Below, piece after piece: positions 20,291 to 30,448 of a stretch of DNA of 64,000 nucleotides. Position 1 is the first letter of the stretch, and every line of letters begins with the position of its first letter. The translations under genes and the position numbers were made by a program. Below the pieces are notes generated by a model that saw only the letters and a list, made by a program, of their open reading frames with translations, did no database searches and was not told the DNA's origin. Source of the DNA: Candidatus Binatia bacterium (lineage in GTDB: Bacteria > Desulfobacterota > Binatia > HRBIN30); contig JBBRSP010000016.1 in NCBI GenBank assembly GCA_038245295.1, positions 32,001 to 96,000 on the forward strand, written 5' to 3'.

Positions 20291-22092
20291 TGCCGTTCGA
20301 CGTCGCCGCACAGGATGGCGTGCTCACACTGACCCTGGATACCCCCGGCTCCCCGATCAACATCTTCAACCACGCCACAGCGCATCAGTTGATCGAAATC
20401 ATGTCGACGGTCACGACGACGACAACACGCGCCGTCGTCTTCCAGACCGCGAAGCCGCATAGCTTCATCAACGGTGTCGGCTTGCTGCTGGCTCATGCGG
20501 CACAAACGTACGCGGACATCGAGCGCGCCAGCACACCGCCATGGCAGGCCTATCGCGCCGTGCGTGAGGCACCGGTGCCCACCATCGCGGTGATCCAGGG
20601 GAATTGTTTCGGTTGCGGCGTCGAGTTTGCGCTCAACTGCGACTACCGCATCGCCAGCGATACGGGCGAGACCCAGTTCTACATGACCGAGCTGAACGAC
20701 TACCTATTCATTCCATTGTTCGGCAGCACCTGGAACCTACCGGCAACCGTCGGGATGGCCGACGCCATTGATCTGCTGTTGTGGGGGGAACGCTGGGACG
20801 CGCGGCGCGCCGGCGAACGTGGTCTGATCGACGCCGTAGCTTCGCACGAAGATCTCACCGATCAGGCAGACCAGCTGGTGGCGCAGGCCATCGAGCGACC
20901 GCGACAGCGCCGCGGCGCCATCGCATGGCATGCCGACGTCGCCGCCGCGGTCGCCAGGGCGCGCCGGCGCATCGCCGAGCTGCCGGCGGAATACCAACCG
21001 GTCTATGAGGATGCCCTGCAACTGCTGATCACCGGGGCTAAGCAAACGGAGAGCTACGACACTCATCAACGCCGCGAGCTGCAGCGCTCCGCGGCCAGCG
21101 CCCTGGCACCCATCGGCAAAGCGGCCTACGCGTTCTTCTATCTGCGACAGATGGCCAGTGAACGTGCCGCTGGGCGGGCGCGCGACGAGGCGCCGGTGAT
21201 CAAGTTGGGCATCGCCGCCCAGGGCGACGCAGCGCGCGACTTCGGCGCCGTGCTGGGCCGGCGACGCCTTCCAGGGGTGACACTGACGCCGCCGGAGAGC
21301 GGCGACTTTCGCCTACATAGCCCGCCGGCCGCAGGCCTCTCCGTCGTCACGCCTGGCGTCGAGTCGGCTGGCGATGTGACGCTGCGCCTCACGGTGGCGG
21401 CTGAGCCGACCACCGACAACGAAATCTATGCACCGGCCTTCCATACGGGCGTCCGCCTGCTCGAGCTCGCCACGCGCCCCCGCGACGGCGCGACCGGCAA
21501 CCCTACTCTGGCACCGCTGGCGCGAACTCTGCAGCGCTTCGGTTTTGTCGTGGCACGTACAACGCCGACAAGCCGCTTCGTCACAACGCGGCTCCTGGTG
21601 GCCTATCTTTCTCCCCTCTTGCGCGAGTTGGCCAATGGTGGCGATGCAGCGATCATCAACCGCAGCCTGCGCGCGGCGGGATTCATTCGATTGCCGGGCA
21701 ACGTGCTCGGCGGAGTCGATCTGGCGGCACTGGCGCAGCAGATCGTCCCCGCGGGCCCTGGAGTCGGGGCCGAGGTTGCCCTGCAAACCCTATGTGACAC
21801 GGCGATCGGTGACCGACAGAACCCGGCGATCATCAATGCGTTGTGCCTCTCCCTTCTGGCGGCGACGCTGTCGACACGTGAGGAGAGAGCCGTGCGCGAT
21901 CCGAGCATCATCGATGTGATTGCTCGCGAGCTGCTCGATTTCCCGCGCCATCTCTGTAGCCTATGCACGTGGCTCAAGCGGGCGCGGGTGGGCGTGGCGC
22001 TGCAAGACCACCGCGCCCTGGAGCTGGTCGACGGAGCAACCTTGGAAATGGCGCGGGCCTTCTTGGCCGAGGGGCGGGAGTTCTATCGATGA
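20290..22092 (+). CDS. Crotonase/enoyl-CoA hydratase-fold protein with degenerate FadJ/FadB-like C-terminal region
   Basis: TLTLDTPGSPINIF, PTIAVIQGNCFGCGVEFALNCDYRIASD, GLIDAV; C-terminal half lacks an intact GxGxxG. Confidence 0.75.
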   Translation: MPFDVAAQDGVLTLTLDTPGSPINIFNHATAHQLIEIMSTVTTTTTRAVVFQTAKPHSFINGVGLLLAHAAQTYADIERASTPPWQAYRAVREAPVPTIAVIQGNCFGCGVEFALNCDYRIASDTGETQFYMTELNDYLFIPLFGSTWNLPATVGMADAIDLLLWGERWDARRAGERGLIDAVASHEDLTDQADQLVAQAIERPRQRRGAIAWHADVAAAVARARRRIAELPAEYQPVYEDALQLLITGAKQTESYDTHQRRELQRSAASALAPIGKAAYAFFYLRQMASERAAGRARDEAPVIKLGIAAQGDAARDFGAVLGRRRLPGVTLTPPESGDFRLHSPPAAGLSVVTPGVESAGDVTLRLTVAAEPTTDNEIYAPAFHTGVRLLELATRPRDGATGNPTLAPLARTLQRFGFVVARTTPTSRFVTTRLLVAYLSPLLRELANGGDAAIINRSLRAAGFIRLPGNVLGGVDLAALAQQIVPAGPGVGAEVALQTLCDTAIGDRQNPAIINALCLSLLAATLSTREERAVRDPSIIDVIARELLDFPRHLCSLCTWLKRARVGVALQDHRALELVDGATLEMARAFLAEGREFYR

Positions 22093-23942
22093 GCGCCGCG
22101 GCAAAACAACAACGCGTGGCGGAATCGCTGGCGTGTCCCGCCTATCCGTCGCACATCACCAGTCTTCTCGGTGTGCTGCTGCACCAGCAACAGACGCTGG
22201 CGGAGCGTACAGTATGCCATCGTGTCCGTCGCGAGCGCCACGGCATCGTCGCCGAGCCCATGAGTATCGGTACGCTCCTCGAGCGCGCCCAACGTGGCGC
22301 AGCGAAACTACAGGCGGCGGGGGTGCGGCAAGGCGATCGGGTCATCCTGTCGCTGAGTAATCCGCACGACTTTCTCGTCGCGTTCTTTTCGACGCTCGCA
22401 GCCGGAGCCGCCGCGGTACCGCTCCCAACGGTGGCGGAGTCGGGCACACCGCGGTCATTCGCCACACGTGTGCGCGAAGTCAGTCAGGATTGTGGGCCCA
22501 CCGCCGGCATTGTGGAAAGCATCCAACGGTTCAAGGCCGTGGTCGGCGAGCTGCCGACGGACATGGCGCTGATCGAAGTGGCCAACCTTACCGATGCTAC
22601 CGTCGGCGCTGGCCCGCCATTGCGGGACCAGCCCGCGGCGGCGTCGGCGTTCATCCAATACACCTCCGGCAGCACGGGCAAGCCGAAGGGCGTCGTCATC
22701 ACCCACGGCAACATCCTGGCCAATTGCAGCGCCATCCGCGATGCCACGGAGTATTCGCGCGCCGACCGCATGGTGTCGTGGCTGCCGTTGCACCACGACA
22801 TGGGTTTGGTGGGTGGTCTGTTGACGAGCATCTACTGCGCCGCCGAAACCTGGCTCATGTCGCCACTCGCGTTTCTCGGACGACCCGTCACCTGGCTCGA
22901 GGCCATCACGGCTTTCTCGGCAACGCTGACCGTCGGACCGACGTTCGCGTACAGCCTCTGCGCCCGCAAAATTCCCGACAAGCAGCTTACCGGAATTGAT
23001 CTATCGAGCCTGCGCCTCGCCTATATCGGTGCCGAGCCCATCGACCCGGCAACTCTCCGCGCCTTCAGCGATCGCTATGTCGACTACGGATTGTCGCGGC
23101 TGGCTCTCTACCCAGTCTACGGTCTTGCCGAGGCAACCCTTGCTGTAAGCTTCCCGAAGGCCGGCACACCCCTGCGTTACGACACGGTCGACCGCCACCG
23201 CCTGGCAGCCGACCACACGGCAGTACCGGCAACAGCGGACGGGCCGAATGCCGTCACCTTCGTCTCCGTCGGACACCCCTTGCCGCGCCATCACGTGACG
23301 ATTGTCGCTACACGCACGGGCCAAGCGGTAAGTGAACGTCAGGTCGGTGAGCTTATCGTCGGCGGCGCTTCCATCTCGCCGCGATACTTCTCGGACAAAC
23401 CTGATGTGGAATGTACCGAACTGCATACGGGGGATCTCGCGTACTTCGCGAACGACCATCTGTACATCGTCGATCGCATCAAAGATCTGGTCATCATCGC
23501 CGGACAGAATTACGCGCCGTCCGATATCGAAAATGCGGTGGCTCAGGTGGAAGGTATCCGCCGTGGACGCGTCGTGGCTTTTTCGCGTTCCGGCAGCATG
23601 GGCACCGAGGAGTTGCACATCGTCGCCGAGGTAACGCCGGATTCGTGGCGCGCACCGAGCGAACTGGAGAAGGACGTCGCGCGGAAGGTTCGTGAAGAGA
23701 TCGGCTTGACACCGGCAACCGTAACGATGGTCGTGGCCGGGAGTCTCGAGCGCACGTCGAGCGGGAAAATCAAGCGTTCCGCCTGCGCCGCCGCGCATCA
23801 AGCCGGGACACTGACGACGCTGGGCAGCCGTTCACAAATGGTGGGTTCCAAGCTGGCACGGCAACGCGCCCTGCTCTGGCATCGAACGACGCAGGTCGTC
23901 GACGGCCTGCGTCGGCGCCTCGGCCTCACTCGTACCGATTGA
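22089..23942 (+). CDS. Fatty acyl-AMP ligase (FAAL)
   Basis: FIQYTSGSTGKPKG, SWLPLHHDMGLVG, YGLAEATL, TGDL, RIKDLVII.GQN..P.DIE, TSSGKIKR; ATGA coupling to the upstream gene. Confidence 0.92.
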   Translation: MSAAAKQQRVAESLACPAYPSHITSLLGVLLHQQQTLAERTVCHRVRRERHGIVAEPMSIGTLLERAQRGAAKLQAAGVRQGDRVILSLSNPHDFLVAFFSTLAAGAAAVPLPTVAESGTPRSFATRVREVSQDCGPTAGIVESIQRFKAVVGELPTDMALIEVANLTDATVGAGPPLRDQPAAASAFIQYTSGSTGKPKGVVITHGNILANCSAIRDATEYSRADRMVSWLPLHHDMGLVGGLLTSIYCAAETWLMSPLAFLGRPVTWLEAITAFSATLTVGPTFAYSLCARKIPDKQLTGIDLSSLRLAYIGAEPIDPATLRAFSDRYVDYGLSRLALYPVYGLAEATLAVSFPKAGTPLRYDTVDRHRLAADHTAVPATADGPNAVTFVSVGHPLPRHHVTIVATRTGQAVSERQVGELIVGGASISPRYFSDKPDVECTELHTGDLAYFANDHLYIVDRIKDLVIIAGQNYAPSDIENAVAQVEGIRRGRVVAFSRSGSMGTEELHIVAEVTPDSWRAPSELEKDVARKVREEIGLTPATVTMVVAGSLERTSSGKIKRSACAAAHQAGTLTTLGSRSQMVGSKLARQRALLWHRTTQVVDGLRRRLGLTRTD

Positions 23943-23950
23943 CACCCGCG

Positions 23951-26725
23951 TCAACGGACTTCCAACGTCGCCAACCGCTGCGACGCGTAGGTCTGTATGT
24001 CGGCGCGCCCGGCGCGGCGCGCCAGTTCGAGGGCGCTGCCATACTCACGCATTGCCTCGGCAGTTTGCCCTTGCTGCACCAACACATCGGCAAGCCCAAG
24101 ATGAGCTTCCGGCATGCCTGGATTGGCGCTGACGGCGTGGCGCAGGTGAATCAACGCTTCGATCAGCTCGCCACGTCCGGCCAGCACCGCCCCGAGGTTC
24201 AACAATCCACGCGGATCGTCGGGACTAATGTGCACCGCTTCGCGATAGTGTTCGAGCGCCTCATCCAGACGACCCTTGCCTTCCAAGGCGATCGCCAGAT
24301 TGTTGTGCGCCGGCGCCAGCCGCGGGTCGAGTCGAATTGCCTCCTGGTACTCGGCAATCGCCGCATCGAGATCATGCTGGGCGGCAAGCATCTGACCAAG
24401 GCCGTTGTGCGCAACCGGCCGGGCAGGATCGAGCCGAACAGCTTCGGAATAGCTTGCCCGTGCCTCGGCAAGCTTACCCTCGTCGGCCAGCTTCTGGGCC
24501 ATCGCTTCGTGCCCTGAGGCTCGCAGCGGCGCGCATGACGGGGCCGTCGTCAAGCGATCGCGGCATGACGATTCGGCCCACTGCGAAGGAGGTAAGGTTG
24601 GGCTCCACGGTTCGCCCTGCAGACGTGCGCCGAAGGCACGCGACAAGCCGGCGGCGTCGTGAAACAGATAGAGCGTCGCGTCGGGCCAGCAGCGGCAGAT
24701 CTGAGTCTGCACCGACTCCTGTTCTTCCAGCGAAGGACTCCAGAAGAGCAACCGAGCGATCGGTACGTCGCCATCAAGCGCCGCCAGCAGCGAGCCGCCA
24801 TTTTCGTAAGCCCGAGTCCGCAGAGGATCGGCCGGGAGGAAGTGGCCGATCTCGGCGATATGAAGCCAATCATTAGGCGGGTTGCCGGGTTCGAGGAGCA
24901 TGATGGACGAGCTCGGTGTTTCCGCCAAGGCGGGCAACGTCAGTCCCAACCAGGTCCGCGCCACGATGCGCGGGTTGACGATGTCGAAGAGGATGCTGCC
25001 GCTGAGCACGACGACCGCTGCCACCGAAACCGACACCCAATCCGACAACATCCGCCAACCCAGCAAGCGGGCAATACGACTGACACCAACAACCGAAAAC
25101 AAAGGCAACAGGAGCGGCAACACCATGGCCCGATTGAGGGAGGCACGGTCCGTAGCGGAGGCAATAGCGGCGGGGAAAACAGCAACGAGCCAGCAGAGCA
25201 GGAGCGCCTGGGTCGTTCGCTGCCGTCGCCCGTAGATGCAAGCAACCAACCCGACCGCGGCCAGTGCGGCTGAGATGGGCTCGAAGTAGACATCGCCGCA
25301 CAAACGGACGGGGGTGCGCGGCACGGCGAACGGTTGCAACACGGCGGCAAGCGGAACGTCGGCGACGCCACGCTCGCCCGAGCGCCACAGCTCGCTCACC
25401 TCGCGGTGCGTGTAGTGCTTCTGCCCCATGACAAGCTGCAAAAGTGGCTCGCCGGCGCCGCGACGCTCCGCATACGTCTCGCTGATTGCCGGCAGGTTGA
25501 ACAAGATGGGGACCACCGGAGTCACGGCAGCGATGCCGACGACGACGGCGATCACCCAGTCCAGCAGCGACGGCCGGCGACGCCACAGACGCGGCAAAAT
25601 CGCCAAACCAGCAACCCCAGCCCACAACGTCAGGTGAAGAAACGTCGACGACAGACCCGCCATGGCGCCGAAGGCGACGATATCACTCGAGCGCGCCTCG
25701 ATCGGCGCGGCATAGATGCGGCATACGACGATCAACAGGCCGGCGGCGAAAGCAACCAGCAGCGCGAAGGGCGTCGGACTGAGCGCCATCGACAACATGA
25801 ACGGCGAGAATAGGAAAGCGGCGACGGCAATCGGCATGGCTTGTAAGCCAACGAGGCGACGAGTCAGGGCGGCGACTCCAAGTGCCGCCAACACAGCCCA
25901 AGCGCCATGTATGGTTTGCACAAAGGCAAAGCTGGCCTCGAGCCGGCCCGGTCCCACGAACGGCAGGCCGATGAGCAACAAATACGTGTTGGCGAAGCCG
26001 ACTTCGTAGGCCTGGGCGAGATCGTCGTGCGGCCGATTGGCGGCATCGAGGAAGAAATCGAAATTCTTCCACATGTCCACCATGTCGGCGGCACGCGCAT
26101 CGTGGTGTGCGGCGACGACGCGCCAAACAAACCACACGCCAATCAGCAGCACCGCGATACCCCACCACACCAGTGTCGTAGCGGGAACCGCGGCGCGTGG
26201 CGTCGGGTCGGCGCGGGATTCCGAGAAACGCAGGATGGCTGCCGGTAAGGCGAGCATGAGGATCATGCTAAGTTGCGCGACATGTGGAAAGGCGGCGGAC
26301 GTTGCCGTCAGAGGAATCAGCACGAGGGCAATCGCCAACGCTGCCCACTGGTAGGTACTCGACGGCCGAGGCAGTGCCGGGAGCGTCTCTGTCGCAGCCA
26401 CGCCTGGCGCCTGCGAGGCAACCGACTCGCCGTAGCCGAGGAGCGCCGCGGCCGCGGCCAGAGCCATCAGCCGCCAAGCCACCCACCAACCCGGCGCGTT
26501 CGGGAAAATCCGCGTCCAGGTTCCGGTCGCCGGTGTGATCACCGCGGTCACCGTCGCGGGTGGTGCAAAGAGCGGCACCACATAGAGGCCGAGAAGGAAA
26601 ACTCCCGCGAACGCGAGCAGTTGCTGCCGCCGCGCATCGTCGGCCCGGGTACGCTGCATTGGGACAAAACTCGCATGGCATTCCGTGCAAGACAACAAGG
26701 CGCTCAGGGCGCGATCGATATTCAT
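23951..26725 (-). CDS. Polytopic membrane protein (GT-C/PMT-like) with C-terminal TPR repeats; start uncertain
   Basis: More than 10 hydrophobic helices; C-terminal AHNGLG/AHNNLA/AHLGLA TPR repeats. Confidence 0.7.
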   Translation of the reverse strand: MNIDRALSALLSCTECHASFVPMQRTRADDARRQQLLAFAGVFLLGLYVVPLFAPPATVTAVITPATGTWTRIFPNAPGWWVAWRLMALAAAAALLGYGESVASQAPGVAATETLPALPRPSSTYQWAALAIALVLIPLTATSAAFPHVAQLSMILMLALPAAILRFSESRADPTPRAAVPATTLVWWGIAVLLIGVWFVWRVVAAHHDARAADMVDMWKNFDFFLDAANRPHDDLAQAYEVGFANTYLLLIGLPFVGPGRLEASFAFVQTIHGAWAVLAALGVAALTRRLVGLQAMPIAVAAFLFSPFMLSMALSPTPFALLVAFAAGLLIVVCRIYAAPIEARSSDIVAFGAMAGLSSTFLHLTLWAGVAGLAILPRLWRRRPSLLDWVIAVVVGIAAVTPVVPILFNLPAISETYAERRGAGEPLLQLVMGQKHYTHREVSELWRSGERGVADVPLAAVLQPFAVPRTPVRLCGDVYFEPISAALAAVGLVACIYGRRQRTTQALLLCWLVAVFPAAIASATDRASLNRAMVLPLLLPLFSVVGVSRIARLLGWRMLSDWVSVSVAAVVVLSGSILFDIVNPRIVARTWLGLTLPALAETPSSSIMLLEPGNPPNDWLHIAEIGHFLPADPLRTRAYENGGSLLAALDGDVPIARLLFWSPSLEEQESVQTQICRCWPDATLYLFHDAAGLSRAFGARLQGEPWSPTLPPSQWAESSCRDRLTTAPSCAPLRASGHEAMAQKLADEGKLAEARASYSEAVRLDPARPVAHNGLGQMLAAQHDLDAAIAEYQEAIRLDPRLAPAHNNLAIALEGKGRLDEALEHYREAVHISPDDPRGLLNLGAVLAGRGELIEALIHLRHAVSANPGMPEAHLGLADVLVQQGQTAEAMREYGSALELARRAGRADIQTYASQRLATLEVR

Positions 26726-26933
26726 TGCAACCCGCGAGGATGGCAGGTTACAACGCCAGCGACGGCAACGGACGCAGTCCCGCTCGGTTCAATGTCGCGT
26801 ACGCGGCCAAGGCAGAGGGCCTGAGGAACAATTCCTTGCAATCCAAAACATCGCCAGTATACAACCAGCCGAATGTGGGCGACCGATGTGTGTACGTTGG
26901 AATTCCGCCCGAGGAAAGGTCGCGCAAGTCAAC

Positions 26934-27743
26934 ATGGTAGCCACGACAGTCAACGATCTTCCCAGCGATGAGAAGGCGGCGGTGCCGTCCCGCCCGCAGG
27001 GCGGTGCCGTGGAGCAACCCTACTACCGCACGGATGGCCGTTACGAAGGTAGCGCCCCTTTCTTTTACGAAATTGGTCGCTTCCCCTGGGCTCGCCAGGT
27101 GGAGGAATCTTGGAAGACCATCCGCACGGAATACGAGGCCAACCTGCGGCAAGGGAAGAGCCAGGTGGTCGACGTGTTCAATCCCGTCGGACCGACGATT
27201 CCTGGTTGGAAGTCTGTAAACCTGCAAACCTATCGATGGCGGTACCATCCGGCCTACAATTCGTTTCCCAAGACGGCGGCGCTTCTGAGCACCATTCCCG
27301 GGCTGACCTCCGCCTTCATCAACGTTCTGGAACCCAATTCCAAGATCCCGCCGCACCAGGGTGATTCGAACACCATCGTTCGATTCCATCTTGGGCTTGA
27401 TGTGCCGAACGGCGACTGCGGTGTGCAGGTCGGTCCGGAGACCCGCCGGTGCCAGAACGGCACCATGATCGCGTTTTGCGACGCCCATTGGCACTCCTCC
27501 TGGAATGCCACGCCGGAGAGCCGTCTCGTGATGGTTTTCGACGTCATGCGTCCGGAGTATCTGGGGCAGCAACGGCGGATCTCGGCCAATGTCCTCGGGG
27601 CCACCGTGGTGCTCTGGCTCGAGACAAAGCTGCGCTTGCGATCCCCGCTACCGCGGCCCCTGCGATCCCTCCTGCGTTCCGCCATCGGCGTCGCGTTCTT
27701 GCTCGTCACACCAATACAAAGGCGACTGCATCATGCGGCGTAG
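26934..27743 (+). CDS. Second AspH/LpxO-family Fe/2OG beta-hydroxylase
   Basis: FPKTAALL, LEPNSKIPPHQG, RFHLGLDVP, FCDAHWHSSWN..RLVMVFDV. Confidence 0.87.
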   Translation: MVATTVNDLPSDEKAAVPSRPQGGAVEQPYYRTDGRYEGSAPFFYEIGRFPWARQVEESWKTIRTEYEANLRQGKSQVVDVFNPVGPTIPGWKSVNLQTYRWRYHPAYNSFPKTAALLSTIPGLTSAFINVLEPNSKIPPHQGDSNTIVRFHLGLDVPNGDCGVQVGPETRRCQNGTMIAFCDAHWHSSWNATPESRLVMVFDVMRPEYLGQQRRISANVLGATVVLWLETKLRLRSPLPRPLRSLLRSAIGVAFLLVTPIQRRLHHAA

Positions 27744-27758
27744 CGATTGGTACGAGTC

Positions 27759-29579
27759 ATGACGCGTGTTTTGCGGACGGTGATGGTTGCGGCGTCGCGC
27801 TACAGCGGGCGTGATGTCGCGTTGTTTCGTCTCGGCATGGGGCCAAATGGTGCTTTGGGCGCACTTGCCGGCATGGCCGAGGATTACAACGACCGGCATA
27901 AGGGCCACGAGCGCATCGATTACGAGTTCTTTGACGAATACGTTCGCGAAGCCATTACTCCGGAAGTACTGAGATCGTGGCGAGACGCGGCCGCCGCGGA
28001 TGGCCAGCCGTTTGTCCTGATGATTTGCGGCGTTCAGACCGCCATGTATCCGCGCGCCCGCGATATCGCGCTCATGGCGCGGCGCGAGGGAATTGAAGTG
28101 CTGGCCGGAGGGGTTCACCTGTCGGCGCACGCGCCCTCCGTGCAGTTTTTCCTCTCCTGCGGCGTACATGTCGCGATTGGCGAAGTCGAACCCATCTGGG
28201 ACCGGATCATCGAGGACTGCATCGAAGGCAACCTGCAACCCTCCTATCGCATCACCACGGAGCAGGGAGTGCGCGTAAAAACCGTAACTTCCTACATCGC
28301 CGCGCCAGACGTGTCGCGAGTACCCTTCCCGCACATCCCGAAGGCGGCACGACAGCGCTACGTGCACCCGTCGCAGTTGTTCGTCGATAGCTCGCGTGGC
28401 TGTCCATTCCTGTGCACCTTCTGCGTCGTCAAGAACGTCTTCGGGCGCACGGTGCGTGGTCGCGACCCCGAACGGCTGGTTGCCTGGATCGTCGACCGCG
28501 TGCGCAACGACAAGGCCGCCAGTTTCTGGTTCACCGACGACAACTTCGTTCGCAATGCCGGCCACCGCGAGTTGCTCGAAAGACTCGCGGCAGCGCGAGC
28601 GGCCGGCAATAAGTTTTCACTGTCCTTGACCCTCGACGTCGAATCCACCTGCTACGCGCGCGACGATTCACCGCGTGGCGAGCAAACACGTGAATTCCTG
28701 CGACTCTGCCAAGCCGCAGGCGTGGCTCATGTCTTCATGGGTTTGGAGAGCACCAACGACGCGGCGTTGCAGGAAATGCGCAAGGGTGTGAACCGTGACC
28801 GTACCGATGTGCACGCCACCGGAAGCGGCGTCGACGGGGCGGCAGCGGCACGCGCGCGGTTAGTCGAGCGCTACAAGACGGCCGTGAGCGCGTGGCACGA
28901 GATCGGCGCGTCGGTCGAGTGCGGGTATCTCATCGGGTTCGAAGCGGATGGGCCCGGCGTTGGCCTGCAAGCGGCTCGCGATATCGTTGCGATCGGGGTC
29001 GACATTGCGACGTTCTACCTGGTGTCGCCGCTCCCTGGGTCGGAAGACTACGCCACGGCGTTCGAGAAGGGCACCCTCCTCGAGCCGGACTTCAACGAGT
29101 ACTTTCGCGACACGGCGATGATTGCTCATCCGACGATGTCAGCCAGCGACATGGAGGCCGAATTGCGAGCGGCGATTCGGGCCACATGGACGTGGCGCAA
29201 CGTGGTTCGTCGCTTGGCGCGACGTGTCCTCGGGCTCAGTGGCAAACGTGTCGTTACACCGTGGCGCTACATCAAACGTCAAGTTGGCACCAAGCTGATC
29301 ATCAGCACCGGCATGTTGACGTATGCGCAAGGCGGTTTGTTGCGCCGTCATGATGCGGGGCGCAATCTGCGCCTGGCGATCTCCGATGAAGAGGCTCGGC
29401 TTGTCTACCTTGGGGAGGCGAGCCCCAGCCCGAGCGCCAGGCAGACCGTCGAGCCCAGCATGCTTTCTTTGCCAGTATACCTCGACACGCCGGTGAGCGC
29501 CCCGGCCGGCCGTGACACCGACGTGCCAAAGCCGGCAGCTGTGCCACGCGAGGTGTGGACAACCGGGACCGTCGCATGA
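27759..29579 (+). CDS. Radical SAM enzyme, probable cobalamin-binding class (HpnP/HpnJ-like architecture)
   Basis: GGVH..GEVE N-domain, SRGCPFLCTFC (CX3CX2C), FTDDNF, GLES, PLPGS. Confidence 0.85.
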   Translation: MTRVLRTVMVAASRYSGRDVALFRLGMGPNGALGALAGMAEDYNDRHKGHERIDYEFFDEYVREAITPEVLRSWRDAAAADGQPFVLMICGVQTAMYPRARDIALMARREGIEVLAGGVHLSAHAPSVQFFLSCGVHVAIGEVEPIWDRIIEDCIEGNLQPSYRITTEQGVRVKTVTSYIAAPDVSRVPFPHIPKAARQRYVHPSQLFVDSSRGCPFLCTFCVVKNVFGRTVRGRDPERLVAWIVDRVRNDKAASFWFTDDNFVRNAGHRELLERLAAARAAGNKFSLSLTLDVESTCYARDDSPRGEQTREFLRLCQAAGVAHVFMGLESTNDAALQEMRKGVNRDRTDVHATGSGVDGAAAARARLVERYKTAVSAWHEIGASVECGYLIGFEADGPGVGLQAARDIVAIGVDIATFYLVSPLPGSEDYATAFEKGTLLEPDFNEYFRDTAMIAHPTMSASDMEAELRAAIRATWTWRNVVRRLARRVLGLSGKRVVTPWRYIKRQVGTKLIISTGMLTYAQGGLLRRHDAGRNLRLAISDEEARLVYLGEASPSPSARQTVEPSMLSLPVYLDTPVSAPAGRDTDVPKPAAVPREVWTTGTVA

Positions 29580-30376
29580 CCAGCGGCGCGTTATTGGGCT
29601 CGCCCCTCTACGTTTACCTCACCTATTGCCTGGAGTTCGGACTGCGCTACTTCGCACTGGCCGGTGGGGCGTACTGGCTGCTGCACGTGGCCTTTCGAGG
29701 CCGCTTTCTCACCTATCGCATCCAGGAGAAGTTCCCCGAGTCGACGGAGATTCGGCATGAGATTCGCTGGTCGATGTCGAACATGTGTTGCACCGGATTC
29801 TCAACCGTTCTCACCTACGAGCTGACCCACAACGGGTACAGTAATCTGTACTACGGCGTGCTCGATCATGGTGTCCTCTGGCTCGCTCTGTCTGCCGTCT
29901 TGTGCGTGGTTGGTTACGATACCTGGCTCTACTGGGAGCATCGGCTCCTCCACACGGATTGGCTGTTCCAGCATGCGCATCGGGTGCATCACCGCGTCGG
30001 CAACCCGACACCGTTGGCAACCTTCGCCCATCATCCAATCGAAACACTGATGGGTAACGTCTACTTTGTCCTATTCGCCGTGCTGGTCCCCGTACACCCC
30101 TTGGCTCTGGCTGCGGCGGGTCTTTACATGTTTCTCTTTGGCATCGTCGGTCACCTGGGCTACGAGTTCTACCCGCGATGGTTCTCACGAACCGTTCTCT
30201 TCAAGATCCTGAATACGGCCACCTACCACAACATCCACCACCGGCAGGTCCGCTGTAACTACGGTGCCTATTTCATCTTCTGGGACCACTGGATGGGCAC
30301 AGCCAACCCGTCGTACGAAGAGACATTCGACGTCGTAACGGCGCGCCGTTCCGACGCTACGCTGACGGCTCTCTGA
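29576..30376 (+). CDS. Sterol desaturase / fatty-acid hydroxylase family membrane diiron enzyme
   Basis: His boxes HRLLH, HRVHH, GHLG, HNIHH; NYG..F.FWDHWMGT. Confidence 0.92.
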   Translation: MTSGALLGSPLYVYLTYCLEFGLRYFALAGGAYWLLHVAFRGRFLTYRIQEKFPESTEIRHEIRWSMSNMCCTGFSTVLTYELTHNGYSNLYYGVLDHGVLWLALSAVLCVVGYDTWLYWEHRLLHTDWLFQHAHRVHHRVGNPTPLATFAHHPIETLMGNVYFVLFAVLVPVHPLALAAAGLYMFLFGIVGHLGYEFYPRWFSRTVLFKILNTATYHNIHHRQVRCNYGAYFIFWDHWMGTANPSYEETFDVVTARRSDATLTAL

Positions 30377-30448
30377 CGCAGCGTCAACCTTTCCGGGCAG
30401 AGACTGTCGAGCCTTCCGCAAACCTAGGCAGGCAGTACCGCGCGTAGT

